Of a stretch of DNA of 64,000 nt, positions 13,700 to 26,744 are shown piece by piece. The position numbers and the translations under genes are program-made. Each line of letters starts with the position of its first letter. Within the stretch, counting starts at the first letter, position 1. The stretch is from Macrostomum lignano (taxonomy: Eukaryota): positions 496,001 through 560,000 of the forward strand of contig NIVC01000283.1 of NCBI GenBank assembly GCA_002269645.1, written 5' to 3'. The notes under the pieces are model-generated. The model saw only the letters and a program-made list of their open reading frames with translations. It was not told the origin of the DNA and made no database searches.

Positions 13700-16127
13700 A
13701 ATATCTGAATTGTAGCTAAACTACTTTTTAGCGAATCCAGAAAAATATTGATTGTTCTTTGCGAGAGTTCGATTGCAGCACAGAAACAACGGACAGTAAG
13801 TCAGCAAGTTCCATATGGTCCATGAACTACGAGGACTTCAATTAAGCCCAAAAAGACGCAAAATGAATTTTAAATTATTTGGGAATCATCACGCGGATAA
13901 ATAAATATAAAATTTAACTTTTTATGCGATAAGCTTACTATTGCTAAACTTCATAAATAGCATCAATTCAGTTAAATATATCAGATTGTTTTGAGTGCAA
14001 TCGCTTATTTAATGACAAAACACGTAAATCAAATTAGATTTTTATGACAAATTTAATAACGAAGTGGCTGATAAATTCATTTCATATATGGACTACTGCT
14101 ATAATACTGCTCTCTTAATAGAATTATAGCATTATTGCTATGAAGAGAAATTTTAGGCATGGCTACATTGCATAGACAACGAGCAAAGACAATTGTTAAA
14201 AGAGCAGAACGAAATTATTATCTTTTCTAATTTGATGTCACCTGAACTAAAAACCTTGATAAAAAGAAGCTTATGCATTAAAAAATGATCGAGTCAGGCT
14301 AATTTAATGCTTTACTGCTTGAAAATACACGCGCCGTACTTAAACAGGCTATAGTGTGCATGCATATACATGTATATGTTTCAACATCAAAGTGTTCAAC
14401 TCATTCCATGAAAGTTAATCTCGGGATGCTGAAGCTCGATTCTTTATCACAATAAGCTTCTTCAAATAATTTTTGTCGCTCGCGTTTGTGCAAATGTAAT
14501 TTAATTACGATACTCAATTGCTAAAATCGCAATTAAATTATCACGCCAATTGTAATTAAAGCAAGAAAAAAAGTTTCCTTGCAATTTTGCCAAGAAAAAC
14601 AATTTTCTTATGTTTTTTTGTAATTTCCGACAATAAAATTGCAATTGTGATATTATTTCTTCGCAATTCGGGTGTCAGGTGTGCTTCCAAAATACGATAC
14701 AAAACACCGTGTATGTTGGATTGCTTCCGCTCAATGTCGTTGATTCGAAACAGCAGTTTGCGAAACCACTCTGAAACAATATTTAAAAGCATTTTGTTGG
14801 AGACTTTCGCTAAGCTTCAGATTCATAAACCAAAATACGAGTTCAAGAACTCACGTTGTATATTGGCACACTGGTAGGAATTATTGTTGGTTAAATTTCC
14901 GCCTAAAACGTTAGCCTGCAGCTCTTCGGTAGAACAAGCAGCTTCATTAGGTCCAGTAGAATCGATTGCTCCGGTTTGCTGCTAAAAGATTGGCACAAAA
15001 ATGCAATGCAATGTAAATTAGAATGAAGTTTCTCTACTTCCAGTTACCTAGCTAATCTGAAAATATTGCTGTTATGCATGGCCCAAACGCAATTTTATAC
15101 CAGAGCCACTTTCGTGTATGAGTTCTTACACTATCCAGTAAAGGCGTTTGACGGACCTCAGACGACTCCAAAGTGAACCCCAAGCTCATTCTCGAATGTT
15201 GTGTTTCTGGAGGCACGACTTCGTGACGAATAGCATTGCCAGCTGCACTACAACTGCCCCCCCCCATGACAGAAGTCATTTGAGCATTGGAGTCGCAGCA
15301 TTGGAGCAGTTCTATAGCATTAGAGTTGCGCGAGCTCATCTGGTTGACCTAGGAGTTAAAAGTAAAACTTATACTAAATATAGCTAAGAAAAAAATTGCA
15401 CTTTGCAAATACTAGCTCACGGGATTAAACTGGCAAGTTTTAGTAGAGACAAGGGTGGATTTGGCATTGTGAGAATAGAAAAATTATTAAGTAACAAACG
15501 TACATGATAAAGCAGTTCACTATATAACAGGGACAAAGCTGATAGCTAAGGACTTCAAAATTATCTTTTAAACAACGCAGGACTTTATAAAGTAGATGTT
15601 ACAAACCGATTCTATCTCTTCTGAAAGCGCCCTTAACGTCGATACCATTAAAGCGGCAGCGGGTGACTTAACTGAAGATTAAAGGGGTGCTTTGACGATG
15701 CTTCTTTTTAGCGGGCGACCTGTACTCCTCTGAGAGTCGAATAGAAGGGCAGCGGCTTCGAGCACGTAATTCGCTTTCGCTTTCGCTGCTAAGTGTGCCT
15801 TTTTGCGAAAACTTCTTTTCGAGCCGCCGCAGCTTTTCGATGTTATCTTGCAAAAAGAGGTAAAGATAAGAAAGTTCAGTGCGGATGAGAAAATTAAAAA
15901 ATAAATAAATGAGAAATAACCCATTCTCTATTACCATCGGAAAAGACTGTATTCGTCTTGTAGCGCTTCCATTCGGGATTCAGTGGTGTTTGATCACGGC
16001 AGAATTCGCCTAACTTTCGGTAAAGATTTTTTGGCGGGAAAAATGACTGGTCATCACGAACCCATGAAGATGGAACAACGGCTGAGGGTTCACCCGGCTC
16101 TTCATAAAACTCGATTATGGAGAACAT
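13700..16127 (-). pseudogene. Degenerate multi-exon DUF4806-type accessory gene (EnSpm ORF2)
   Basis: First exon FSIIEFYEEPGEPSAVVPSSWVRDDQSFFPPKN…PLNPEWKRY is the typical V-x-F…VP-x-x-W…PP…W N-terminus. Later exons (LRRLEKKF…, LLFRINDIERKQ…) decay leftwards, so the left boundary is approximate. Starts ~70 bp after the transposase stop. Confidence 0.6.
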
Positions 16128-16197
16128 CTGAAAATTTAAGCATACAAAGCTAAGAATTCAAGTGAATTCAATTTGTGCAGTTGCAACAGACTAAAGG

Positions 16198-18108
16198 TCA
16201 AATAACAAAAAATAATGTCACAAAGATGTACCGAAGTGTATTCAGGACTGTACATGCATAATATTCAGACTCCTTTTGAGGCACAGCAGAAAGCTTAGAC
16301 TGCACAACGTGTGCCTCAGAAACTTGAATCCGCCTTTGCAGTCCAAAGAGACGATAAATTCCTATTTTGGACGACTTAAATAGTAGACTATAGAAGCTTT
16401 CACACACAGAGAACTGTTGATAAGCTAGCAATGTCTCTTGACTGGATATATTTTGCAGAATATTGATCAACTTGCAGGCTTTAAATGTGCCATTGTTGTC
16501 TCTCATAGTAAAGAAAGCATCTCGTTGCTTTAGTGACAGCTTTAGATCCTTGCTTAGCGCAACTTGCTTGAACATAGCATGCTCCTTACAGAAATCAGGT
16601 AATTTATAAAGCCTAGTAAAATGCTGGCTGGAAACCTGTAGAAAGGTAGTAGTATCAATGGTCAGCCTGCCTAGGCATTGATTCGTCTCCAAAACTCTGT
16701 TTGCTAATTTGCTCCAAAGGCTAACGATTGAAGTTTTCAAAGATGAATGAAGAAAACTGTTCAATGGGCCTCTACGAGGCCTCCTCGTATAATCTTCTAC
16801 GAGGTGCTGAAGACCATGCACAACAGGACTGAAGAAACTGCATCCAAAAAGGTCATCGACACAAGAGTAGAAGTCGCAAAATATCTTATCTAAGATGCAT
16901 TTCTGGTTATGGATAACATTTTGAGTATTTAGCGACACTGCAATTAAATGCAAACACAAAAACGAACCCATCAAACGTGGGTTATCCCTAGGCATAAAGT
17001 GAGGCAACACAAGTGGAATCAGATATATAGTAAGAAATCTGATTTCTGTTGCCTTCCAGAGCCGAATATGCTTAAATGCCTTGGGTTTCCTTTGAAATTC
17101 TGAAGGGACATACCTTCCAATTTGATTTAAAAGACAACTTAATTCCTTCTCACAAGCATTATTCAGGTGGAATGGACCAGTATGCAGAAGCAACAAAACT
17201 TTTAATGAGACACCTTTGTAGAGAACATGCAATGAATCCGTTGTAAATGAATCATTCATGTTCACTGGCAAATACTCAATTAAGAGCTTGGAAACCCTGT
17301 TCTATGATGCTCTTCTTGATCACGAGAACGAAGTGACTGGTCAGTTCGCCTTAATGCATTTCTTTCTGGAAATACAATGCTTCTAGATTCTTCACTGTGT
17401 TGCCCTCGAGTGGTGCAACGATCACATAAAAAATACCCGGTTACACCAGTAGTTTTTTCACAAAATTCTTAGCTGGCATGTCACAAATAATCCATTTTAA
17501 AGCTATGTTTAGCTGATAACCATAGATGCTAAGTGGCTCATTGCTGATAACAAGTAGTTCCTGGCAGAGTTGTTTCAAAAATTAATTTGAAGAGTCCGGT
17601 TTGTTGCTTCCATAATAAATACCAATAATGAAGACAGAGTTTGGCACTTCATTAATAGCACCTAGAATAGTCCATAGTCCAGAAACAGAACTTTGGAAAA
17701 GAGGTACTTCATCAATGTTTAATGACAAAGTAAATTCTTGAGCAGTTTGAAAGTTCGATTGCCCTTTAATAGTTGAAAAAATATACTTGATTCCTTTGAT
17801 AACTTCAAAATGGCAATATTTCCCCGGCTGAATGTCAAAAAATTGAAAAGTTCCTTATTCTCTAAAGAAGGCTTGAGTAATGTTTTTCCAGTAGCAGGCA
17901 AACTTGGAATACGTTTCTTCAAAATCTTTAATAATGAAGTCAAATCTAGCTTAATATTGCATGTTGTAGCCCAAACCTGAATTTCTTTTTGAATAGCCAA
18001 GTCTTCACTTAATTGCTCATAGGAAAAGTTTGAAATGCTTGAAAGAGATCCATCACAACTACTAGTAATATTGCTTTTGTCAGCCCAACTGAGAATAAAG
18101 CCACCCAA
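16198..18108 (-). pseudogene. Second CACTA/EnSpm (CMC) transposase, with stops and frameshifts
   Basis: Motifs QVWATTCNI…LPATGKTLL, NIDEVPLFQSS…LWTIL, ICDMPAKNFVK, RTDQSLR…EEHH, VPSEFQRKPK…WKATEIRFLTIY and SPVVHGLQHLVED…GPL. Confidence 0.92.
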
Positions 18109-19399
18109 AGAGAATCCTGCCTACGCTGACTGCGAAGGGCCTGGCTGCGTGCAGCCTTAGTCTATGGGTCATAGACAATAAAGGACAAGCAAAGTGATAA
18201 AAAGCCTAATATAAAAGCCCTAATATAAAAAAGTAGTTAAAAATAATTTGTACCAATAAAATAGCAAAGACTAAAACAATAACACAGCTATATAGCTTAT
18301 TAAGTATAGGCCTAGTAATACTAGTAGTATTCTAGCTAGGGCCTAGTAGGCGTATAGTCACAGCATTTTACAAACATTCCACAAGACGGAACCTGGCATA
18401 GATAGGGCCCAACACAGTTAAGGTAAAGTTCGAATTTTCAGAACTTGAGGACAAAGTGAGGAAGAGTGGCAAAGGCTGCCGCCTCCAACACTATACAGCC
18501 GTAGGCATTTTGCCTTTGGTAGGTCTAGGTCAGCTTTTTCTGCAAAAGAAAACATTTTTTTTTAAATTAAGAAGAGGCTGTACCACCTCCGTAGATGTAG
18601 CAACGTATGACAATAATGCAAAAAGAAATTATAATGTAACTTCTAATCCAAAATCAAAGGCCCTTAGGCTTAGCTAACTATAAGATCGATACACAAAAAC
18701 TGTGACAGGAACGCTTTCAAAAATTGCTTCTATCTGGTTAACGTCATAAAGGCAAAATACTTTTAAAATGTGCAGATAAGAATCAATAAGCCCTAATAGC
18801 GTTGTGTGTAACTTTAATCACAGGACTAAACTAATGCAGCAACTATAGCTAGCAACTATCTGTATCATTATCAAGTAAAATAAAACTGCAGAGGGCCAAA
18901 ATGACCCGCTGGGAAAAATTTAGCAATGTCGACAGGCTAATGACGACAAGTCGTCATGTGTCGTCACCCGGTCGTAGTTTGTCGTCCCCCTGTCGACACA
19001 ACTAGCCGTCTCAACCAATCAGAGGCCGCCAAAAAGCAGGCAGTGAAGCAAATTAAGAAGCGTGCATTCGAATGATACTACTGAATTAAGTAGCACCGTG
19101 AGAAAATTAAGCCCTTATTTTATGCGACAGCATGCAAAAATTTGATATTTTTACGATTTTTAACGAAATTGGATGCAAATTCGACAGATCTCATCATAAT
19201 ATTAACGGGTTTTAACAGTTAAAACAGTCGCTTAACAAAATACATATGTATTCTAGCCAGAACTGCAGTCATAAAAGCAGCTAATTAAATGATTCAAGAA
19301 ATAGGAGAGCGTAAAAACGAGCAACAGCAAGCAGGATGTATACGTTGAAATTCGGGAAGCTATTAATAAATTTTAACTTTTAATTTTATGATTATCAGT

Positions 19400-20170
19400 C
19401 TGTGGCCTGAAAATGAACATAATTGCCAGTCCGTGACCTGAAAAAGAAGCCTGACTATCTGCAGTCCGTGACCTGAAAAATGAACTGATTATTATCAGTC
19501 TGTGACCTGAAAAGTGAACTGATTATCAGTCTGTGACCTGAAAAATGAACCCGATTATCAGTCTGTGACCTGAAAATGAACATAATTACCAGTCCGTGAC
19601 CTGAAAAAGAAGCCTGACTATCTGCAGTCCGTGACCTGAAAAATGAGCCCGATTATCAGACCTGAAAAGTGAACTGATTATCAGTCTGTGACCTGAAAAA
19701 TGAACATAGTTATCAGTCTGTGACCTGAAAAATGAACTGATTATCAGTCTGTGACCTGAAAAATGAACTGATTATCAGTCCGTAACCTGAAAAATAAACC
19801 TGATTATCAGTCTGTGACCTGAAAAATGAACCTGATTATCAGTCCGTGACCTGAAAAAAGAAGCCTGACTATCTGCAGTCGGTGACCTGAAAAATAAACT
19901 GATTAAAAGTCTGTGACCTGAAAATTAATATAATTATCATTTATATGATGAATATATATTATCACACTTGACAAACGGATCAAAACGATCAAACGAATAA
20001 AACGGATGACAAACCTGGTTATCAGTCTGACTTGAAAAATGAACATAATTATCAGTCCGTGACCTGACAAACGGATCAAAACGGGTCAACACTGAAAAAC
20101 AGATAAAAAACCTGATTATCAGTCCGTGACCTAAAAAATGAACAGCTGAATATCAATCTGTAACCTGAAG
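19400..20170. repeat. Minisatellite, ~31-33-bp unit ATTATCAGTCTGTGACCTGAAAAATGAACTG
   Basis: Tandem copies with variants read directly. Confidence 0.93.
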
Positions 20171-20399
20171 ATATGCAACATACAAGAAAATTGGTTTAAA
20201 AACATTCTGGATTCGGTTAAAATTCAACGGCTTGGTTAAGGTTATGGCATTGCAACAGGTAAGTAATTAATAACTTGAAATTTCATGTTATTCAAAGCAA
20301 ATACACGCAGGTCAAGGCAGACAAAGATGACTCGCAAAGCAAGAATGCTAACACACAGGCAATACCTGCACTTACGGCAGGGTGTCGGCAAACTCCGGC

Positions 20400-21990
20400 A
20401 GGCGGGCCACATGCCGTCCGCTAAGCCTCTATATCCGGTCATCGGGTCCTTTGAACTTCACAATAGCAATACGGCCCGCTTAAGGTTGGTGTCTCTTCTA
20501 GCCGACTTCTCTTTTCTCTTTTATTTTCTCATCTCTGCTCTCCCCTCTGTCCTCTTCTTCTCTCTCCACTCGTCTCTCCTCTCCTCTCGCTTGCTTCACT
20601 ATTCCCTCTCACCAACGTCGCCGTCTGTGTGATCGAACTCGTCCACACCGCGACCATCACCTTCATCTGGTTTAAGTGTCGGTAGACCTACAAAAAGTTT
20701 GTGTGAGTAGTGTACAAAGAGCAGATGGGTAAGTAATTAGCGAGTGCGTCAATCGTACGCTCTTACCTACACGATCGCCGAATACACCTGCAGCATGGTC
20801 CGTCTTTGTCTCGGTCTTCGACTGCAGCACCACATTCCTCAGACATGACCTCGGTCTGAACGTCAGCCTCGACCTCAGCATCGTGCATTCGTCGGCTGCG
20901 ATTGCGTCATGACTGGCTTGATCAGCAGTAGCTTCAGGCTTGATCGGCATAAACGTCTGCAACAGAGGATGGCATCTGGCATGAGCACTTAGTGGACTGA
21001 CTGTTCAATCAGCGAAAAAAATTTGGCTTACCTGATTCGACATCATAAAAATCATATCAGCACTTGCAGCAATATCAGCGACTGGAGCATTACCCGTGAC
21101 GTCATTGTTGGCCAAACCGTTTCCGGAGTCACGTGTACTACTTGTGCCTGCACCGGAACGACTGCGACTGCCTGACGCGGCCTTGAAGTAGTCGTCTGAA
21201 GAAAAATGGTTCAGTGATAAATTTTGTACTTGTCAATCTCTACATAGAGACAAACTATTAGAGCGTGACATTTTACCGGGATGTTCAGGTGGCCATTTAA
21301 AAAAAGGCATCATGCTATGCGCATTTGGCAACTCGCATGCGCATGAGCCTTCTAGTTCCACGTTAAGGCTCAGCCTGCTCGTCCGCGGGGCAGCATCACT
21401 TCATAGCTGAAGAGGAGAGTTGGAGTGCATTGTAAGAGTAGCTATTTGTCCAGCTATCGGCGCGCTGCTACGGCGCTTGTGCAACCTGACTGGCCTGACC
21501 TGACTTGAACTAACCTGACCTGATCTGATCTGACCTGTTTCCCTTTTCTTTTATGCGACGGATCGATGAAATTTACCAGCGCACAATTGTCTACATGAAT
21601 GTTGCTAAGTCACTGAAGTACCTACGTATCTACCATGGTAACTCACAAAGTTGGCAACGCAGCGCTTGGACTCTGCTTGGACTCTGTCAGCTTTCTAGCT
21701 TCTTTGGTCTCCGCCACTTCTTTCAGCAGCGACCAGATGGCAACCTCCACCCTGCAGGCAGTTCTCCGGTCTATTGGACCACACAATACGCATGCTGACA
21801 GGTCCGACTTATATAAACCATAAGGTGCAGCTTTAACATGGGTGCCAAACCCCAAAGAAATCGAGGTTGAGCGCGCTGCACCTCCTGGCATAACAGTAGT
21901 CTGTTGAGACGGCACCTCCTGAATGCTGACGGCATCTACAACAATTATCTTTAATGAATTATAGTCTTGAATAACATAGTAGGTTGACAT
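20400..21990 (-). pseudogene. Spliced accessory-type gene relic inside the TIR element
   Basis: GC-rich segments bounded by GT-AG signals on the minus strand; first exon MSTYYVIQDYNSLKIIVVDAVSI… No diagnostic domain recognised. Confidence 0.35.
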
Positions 21991-24900
21991 GTTTCTGAAA
22001 TGAAGCAGAATATACCTCTAATCTCTCCTACCAATCCATATTTTGTAACAATTGTAGACTTAATTAATATTAAATAAAATTAGGAATACAGCATTTAGGG
22101 ATACTGGATAAGGGCAGTAGACAGCAAAACATCTATATAATGTGCTTTATTATGCTATGCTTTATTCTTGTCTTCTACACAGGAATATACACTACTAATT
22201 GGGCTTAAACTACAATATAAGCATTTATAAAGTAAAACTTTACAGCATAACTAAGACATTATATGACAATATTATATGCTTAACATCTATAATCTATAGT
22301 AACACTAGCCTAGTATATTTCTAATGATTTTTTACAGCAGGTTGACTTTCCATATTGTATCTAGCAGTAATTAATTTGTTGCATAGCTAGTTTAAACATG
22401 ATACTTGGTGTGAAGCATTATATTACCACTACTACACTTTCATGATAGTATATTACTGTTCTATGCACCAATTAATTACATTTATACCATTTTTGACAAA
22501 TAAGAAAGCATTACATATTTGATATTTATGTGGGTTTTTACTCTATTAAACCATACTTTTTAAAAGTAATCATTCATATTTCTTTGTCCATTATCCATCA
22601 TTCTTTATCCATTATCTATCAACAATTTAGAAATGTGGATTGCCAATCTATTGTAGACATTTCCCATGACTAACTTTATTTTTCATGCCAAATGCTATAT
22701 CACTATTCAAAGTTTAGAGCCACAAGTTCCATAAAATAAAAGATAACTTGGCTGGATCTTTAGAATATATATTTTTACTCTGCAATCAAAACTCTACAAC
22801 CATTGTTTTTCCAACCAGAAGTAAATCAATGTAATTCTAGTTCATTTAGACTCTTTTTTAACAAGAAAAACTTTTTTAAAACTAGGCCTATAGTTAAAAA
22901 AAATATGATTATATATTTTCAGATTTATTCAAAACACAAAGGATATAAAACTTTAGCTGCAGGCTGCCGCATGAATTTTCACTGCACTGGGTACAATGTG
23001 CAAGTAGAAAAGAGTCTAACTCTATCCATATGTTCTTTCATAGAAAATTTTCCATGCATTTCTACTATACATAATTAAGCATATACTTCCTGTTTATTTA
23101 GCGTAAAAAGTATAAATGTAACTTTTACTGTATTTGCATTTAGATAGAAACAATTCAGAATTTTAAAATATAAAATTGAACTTGATGATAGTAAGTAAAG
23201 TATGAAAATTACACTCTTTTAGGCATTCAACTCGAAAAAGTATAAAATTTGATAATATGATTTAAATCCACATACAGAGAAGGCAAAATGTGGGCTTCAT
23301 TGACCAAGGTAGTAAGAAATAGGACGTCAATATCTTCTGCCATTGATATGATCGTGTAAGTGGTTACTTCTAGATGTGAGTTATCATATTAATTTGTAGA
23401 GTGGATTAACTTTACGGGTAACAATCAAGGGAATAATTATTCTCTGGTTCATTACACACGCACGTATAGTAGCAGGCTTGAAAATGTATACTCGTCTTAA
23501 TTGCATCGTGCATTTTCGCATGCACGCAAATCAAATCGAGAATTTTTTATTTCACTTTTTTCTAAGCTTAAAACTCCATATAAATATTACAACTAATTTG
23601 TATTTAACGTGATTATTCGTGTAATGCAACCGACGCAATGAATAATACATAATAGACTTTGTTTAATCGGTTAAAATCGACAAGGGCTATCGTCATATAG
23701 CTGTCGACTCAAGTCGTCAATGTGTCGTCGCTGCTAATTTTTTCCCAGCAGGGAAACCGAAAAACACTAAATAATACTTTTAAAATAAGACAAGATATAA
23801 CAAACGATACAGTTCTTTTCTAAAATAGTGTTATGCTGAAGCATAGAAAATGCAAAAATTCATTAAATTTTCGGTTTTTAAAATACTTGAGCCTGTTTTA
23901 GTTACATTCTATTATTTCAAAAGAGTTCATTTAATGCTCGTCGCATTGCAGTTGACATCCGACGTCTACAGACCGACTAAAACAAGACGATGTATTTCTT
24001 TTCCGCTTAAAAGTGAAGAAAAAATTTGAAATTATCAATAAAACGTTTAAAATAAATTAAAAAACGTTTGCTTTTTTATCTCAGATGGCTCCAAATTTTT
24101 TAAATTGCGAGCAAAGTAATCGTCTAGTTTCGACGTCCTTCCGACCTCTGGCCGACGTCGAATTTCCGTACGGGACTGGTTGTGGATTTCATGTTTGCCA
24201 CCGGACGACCTCTTTGGCTGCGAAAGGAATTCTCCTTTCGCGAATCAGTGGTGTCGTCCGATGAGTCCGAGGACGAAATCGATGATGAAACAGTCTCCAC
24301 GGATGTCCGTTTGCGAGAACCGGATGGCTCTCCGAAAGGAGCGTTCTTTGGTCGTGTTGACTCCACAGTCGGCAATCCGGGCGGTGATGCATTTATGTCG
24401 GCCGTTTGGTTGCTCTTGGAATTTCTTTTCTTTGATTGCCCGACGTAGTCCAAACCAAGAGGCAAATCCAGGACGCCGCTGGTTCTGTTGCATGTCAGGT
24501 CGAGCTGCGCTGCCAAACGACTGATGTTGGCTGCCAGACAGCCTGAGTCAGGATGCGTGTGCAGCGCCGAGTTGGCCGATGCAGAACGTGACCGTACTGC
24601 GAATCTGATAGTTGCTGAAACTACAGTAAAAACAATAGTCAGTAACTCGCGGCCCAAAGTTGCTCAGTCGCCATCTTCGTCCACTTCAGACAATAGCAGA
24701 AGCAACAGAAATAAATCAAGCGCTTTTGATGACGATTAGACTCGTGAAGCTCAAGAATCGTGTATCGAATTTGCGCGGCTCATCGCCACCGTCAGTGGTG
24801 TGTGTGAACGACCGAGCATAGCAGAAAACTGTGAATTCTTTAATCGCAGCTGGGCGAGCTCGAGCTCTGTCCAACGAGGGCTGCTGTACTAACTAAGCTG

Positions 24901-26744
24901 GCTAGCTTAGAAAAACAAACCATCTCAGAGAGTTCTGGTTGTTCCAGACACAGCAAATTGGTAGTCAGATATTACCGCGATTTAAATCACTGCGGAGGCA
25001 TTGAGTCATTAGTGCCTTACCGTCTTTATTATTTCGGTGTTCGTCACAATGAATTGTTAATATATTTGTGATAGATACAATAAATGTACATAGCATGCGC
25101 GATAAGCAATTATTTAGGCCCTAGACAAACCTACTTGGAGCGTTCGGAGATTTTAAAGCTATTGGCCCTAATTGCCTATCGCCGGTCGGCGAGTCCTACC
25201 AGTCTTTCTCCAATAGTCGCAGGTACAGTACAAGAAAAGAAAGAACGCGAGGGAACACGAACCGAATATATTTAGAGAGTGATACTACCAATGAGAATAG
25301 CTAATAAGTAATTGACTTGACGATTTAATTTGACAAGTTATATCAAGTCACAAGGTTCTTAATACGATTCACGGCGCAGATAAATTGACACTGATGATAA
25401 TAACGATTAATAACTAATTAATTACGCAACTTGCAAGCGGATCTCAGCTGAAGAAGAAGAAACCGAACAGGACCACGGAGAAGACTCCTAACCCCTGGCC
25501 TAAACCAGAACCTACACTCGAACGAGAGCTCCGCCGAATTGACCGTTCAACGGAGCACTGACTAAATTCTATCAGCACTGCCCTTCAGTGTGACACTGAG
25601 GCCCTCAGGATCGAGGCCACGTACTTGGTCAAATCCGACAGTCTCTATCTAACCGCGCTTGATAGCGACGACTTCAGACAAATTTTCTGTAGACGTTACG
25701 CTACAAGACTGAAGCGGTCGGGCGGGGGACAAAAATATGGACCGGGGGTGATGAACTCAAGCGCCTCAAAGCGCGAACCAAAACAATCGGGCAAGCGGCC
25801 GGGAAGCTGGACAAAACCAAGAACCGGGGAAAGAAGGCGAGATCCGATTGCCAAACACACTTTCATATATAGTCAGAGTCAAACCCTCAAACCCCCCCCC
25901 CTCAAGCCGGGTGGTGGTCGTCTGGCCGGCCGCCCGCTAAGCTGAATTGCACTGTGCCCGCGGCGCCGGGTAGACTTGGATTTTGCCGCGTTGCCAGGGT
26001 CCAGGCCGGTTCTGATTGGCTGGCCGCGCAAAGCCGGGGTTCGCAGAAAAACTCAACCCTCCGCTGAGTCACAGAATTGGCGTCTAACTTCTAACCTGTT
26101 GACGCAAAATAAGCTGTAACTAACAAGAAAAGTACATTAGACCGCGTGACTAAATTGAAGCAAAATAATAATTCAATAACAATAATACAGAAGCTAACTA
26201 AATAATAGAATTCACAAAAGATGCTTACACTGCATATTGTATAATGAAATTTAAATTAAATTTAAATTGGTGCAAAAGCATACATTGCTAATATATTTCA
26301 TAATTCAGTTTGCCACTGCTTCTCTTCTTCTTGCTTGCATTTCTCTATTCAAACATAGATCTACCAAAAAGTTTTAAAGAACAAATTAAAGGAGGGAGGA
26401 AAGTTCTCATGTTTGGGTATTAAAATAGGCAGAAAAGTAGCTTTAATACCAACTTACTATTAAATGGCTAAGCATTTGCAAAGATATTGAAACTAAATAC
26501 TTTTTTGCACTAAACATGGCTTTCCTAGTACGCCCAATGAGAAAAAAAACATTAAAATAGGCCTAGCCCCAGGCAAGGTCTTTAGCTAATATTATCAGAA
26601 ATTGACAGTTTATAGCAAAATTTTATTAAAAAAATACAACCCGGAACCTAATTATGCTAAAAATATAGATAATATTTTTTCGACTTGCCAAGACAAACTT
26701 GCCACGAACGCACGCCCACTCTATATTGAAATTGCAGTAATGGG

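Larger units (their letters stand above)
18905..23753. mobile_element. TIR-bounded non-autonomous EnSpm-like element (~4.85 kb)
   Basis: Left end CCCGCTGGGAAAAATTTAGCA (18905) and right end TGCTAATTTTTTCCCAGCAGGG (to 23753) are imperfect inverted repeats. Both ends carry clustered GTCGTC/GACGAC subterminal motifs. No matching TSD and no transposase motif seen inside. Confidence 0.7.

Noticed and set aside
19400-20170. Repeat arrays (also 37460-38085) as possible CRISPR
   Set aside because: The units are tandem without unique spacers, there are no cas genes, and the context is eukaryotic.
24124-24739. GC-rich overlapping ORFs, possibly a gag or ORF1 fragment
   Set aside because: No diagnostic motif, so they could not be assigned.
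24949-24980. CACAGCAAATT… resembling an EnSpm left terminus
   Set aside because: No partner end found in the window.
25000-26150. GC-rich islands (also 47600-48700, 56960-57700, 62980-63340) resembling LTRs or UTRs
   Set aside because: No paired copy, PBS/PPT pair or coding motif could be established by eye.
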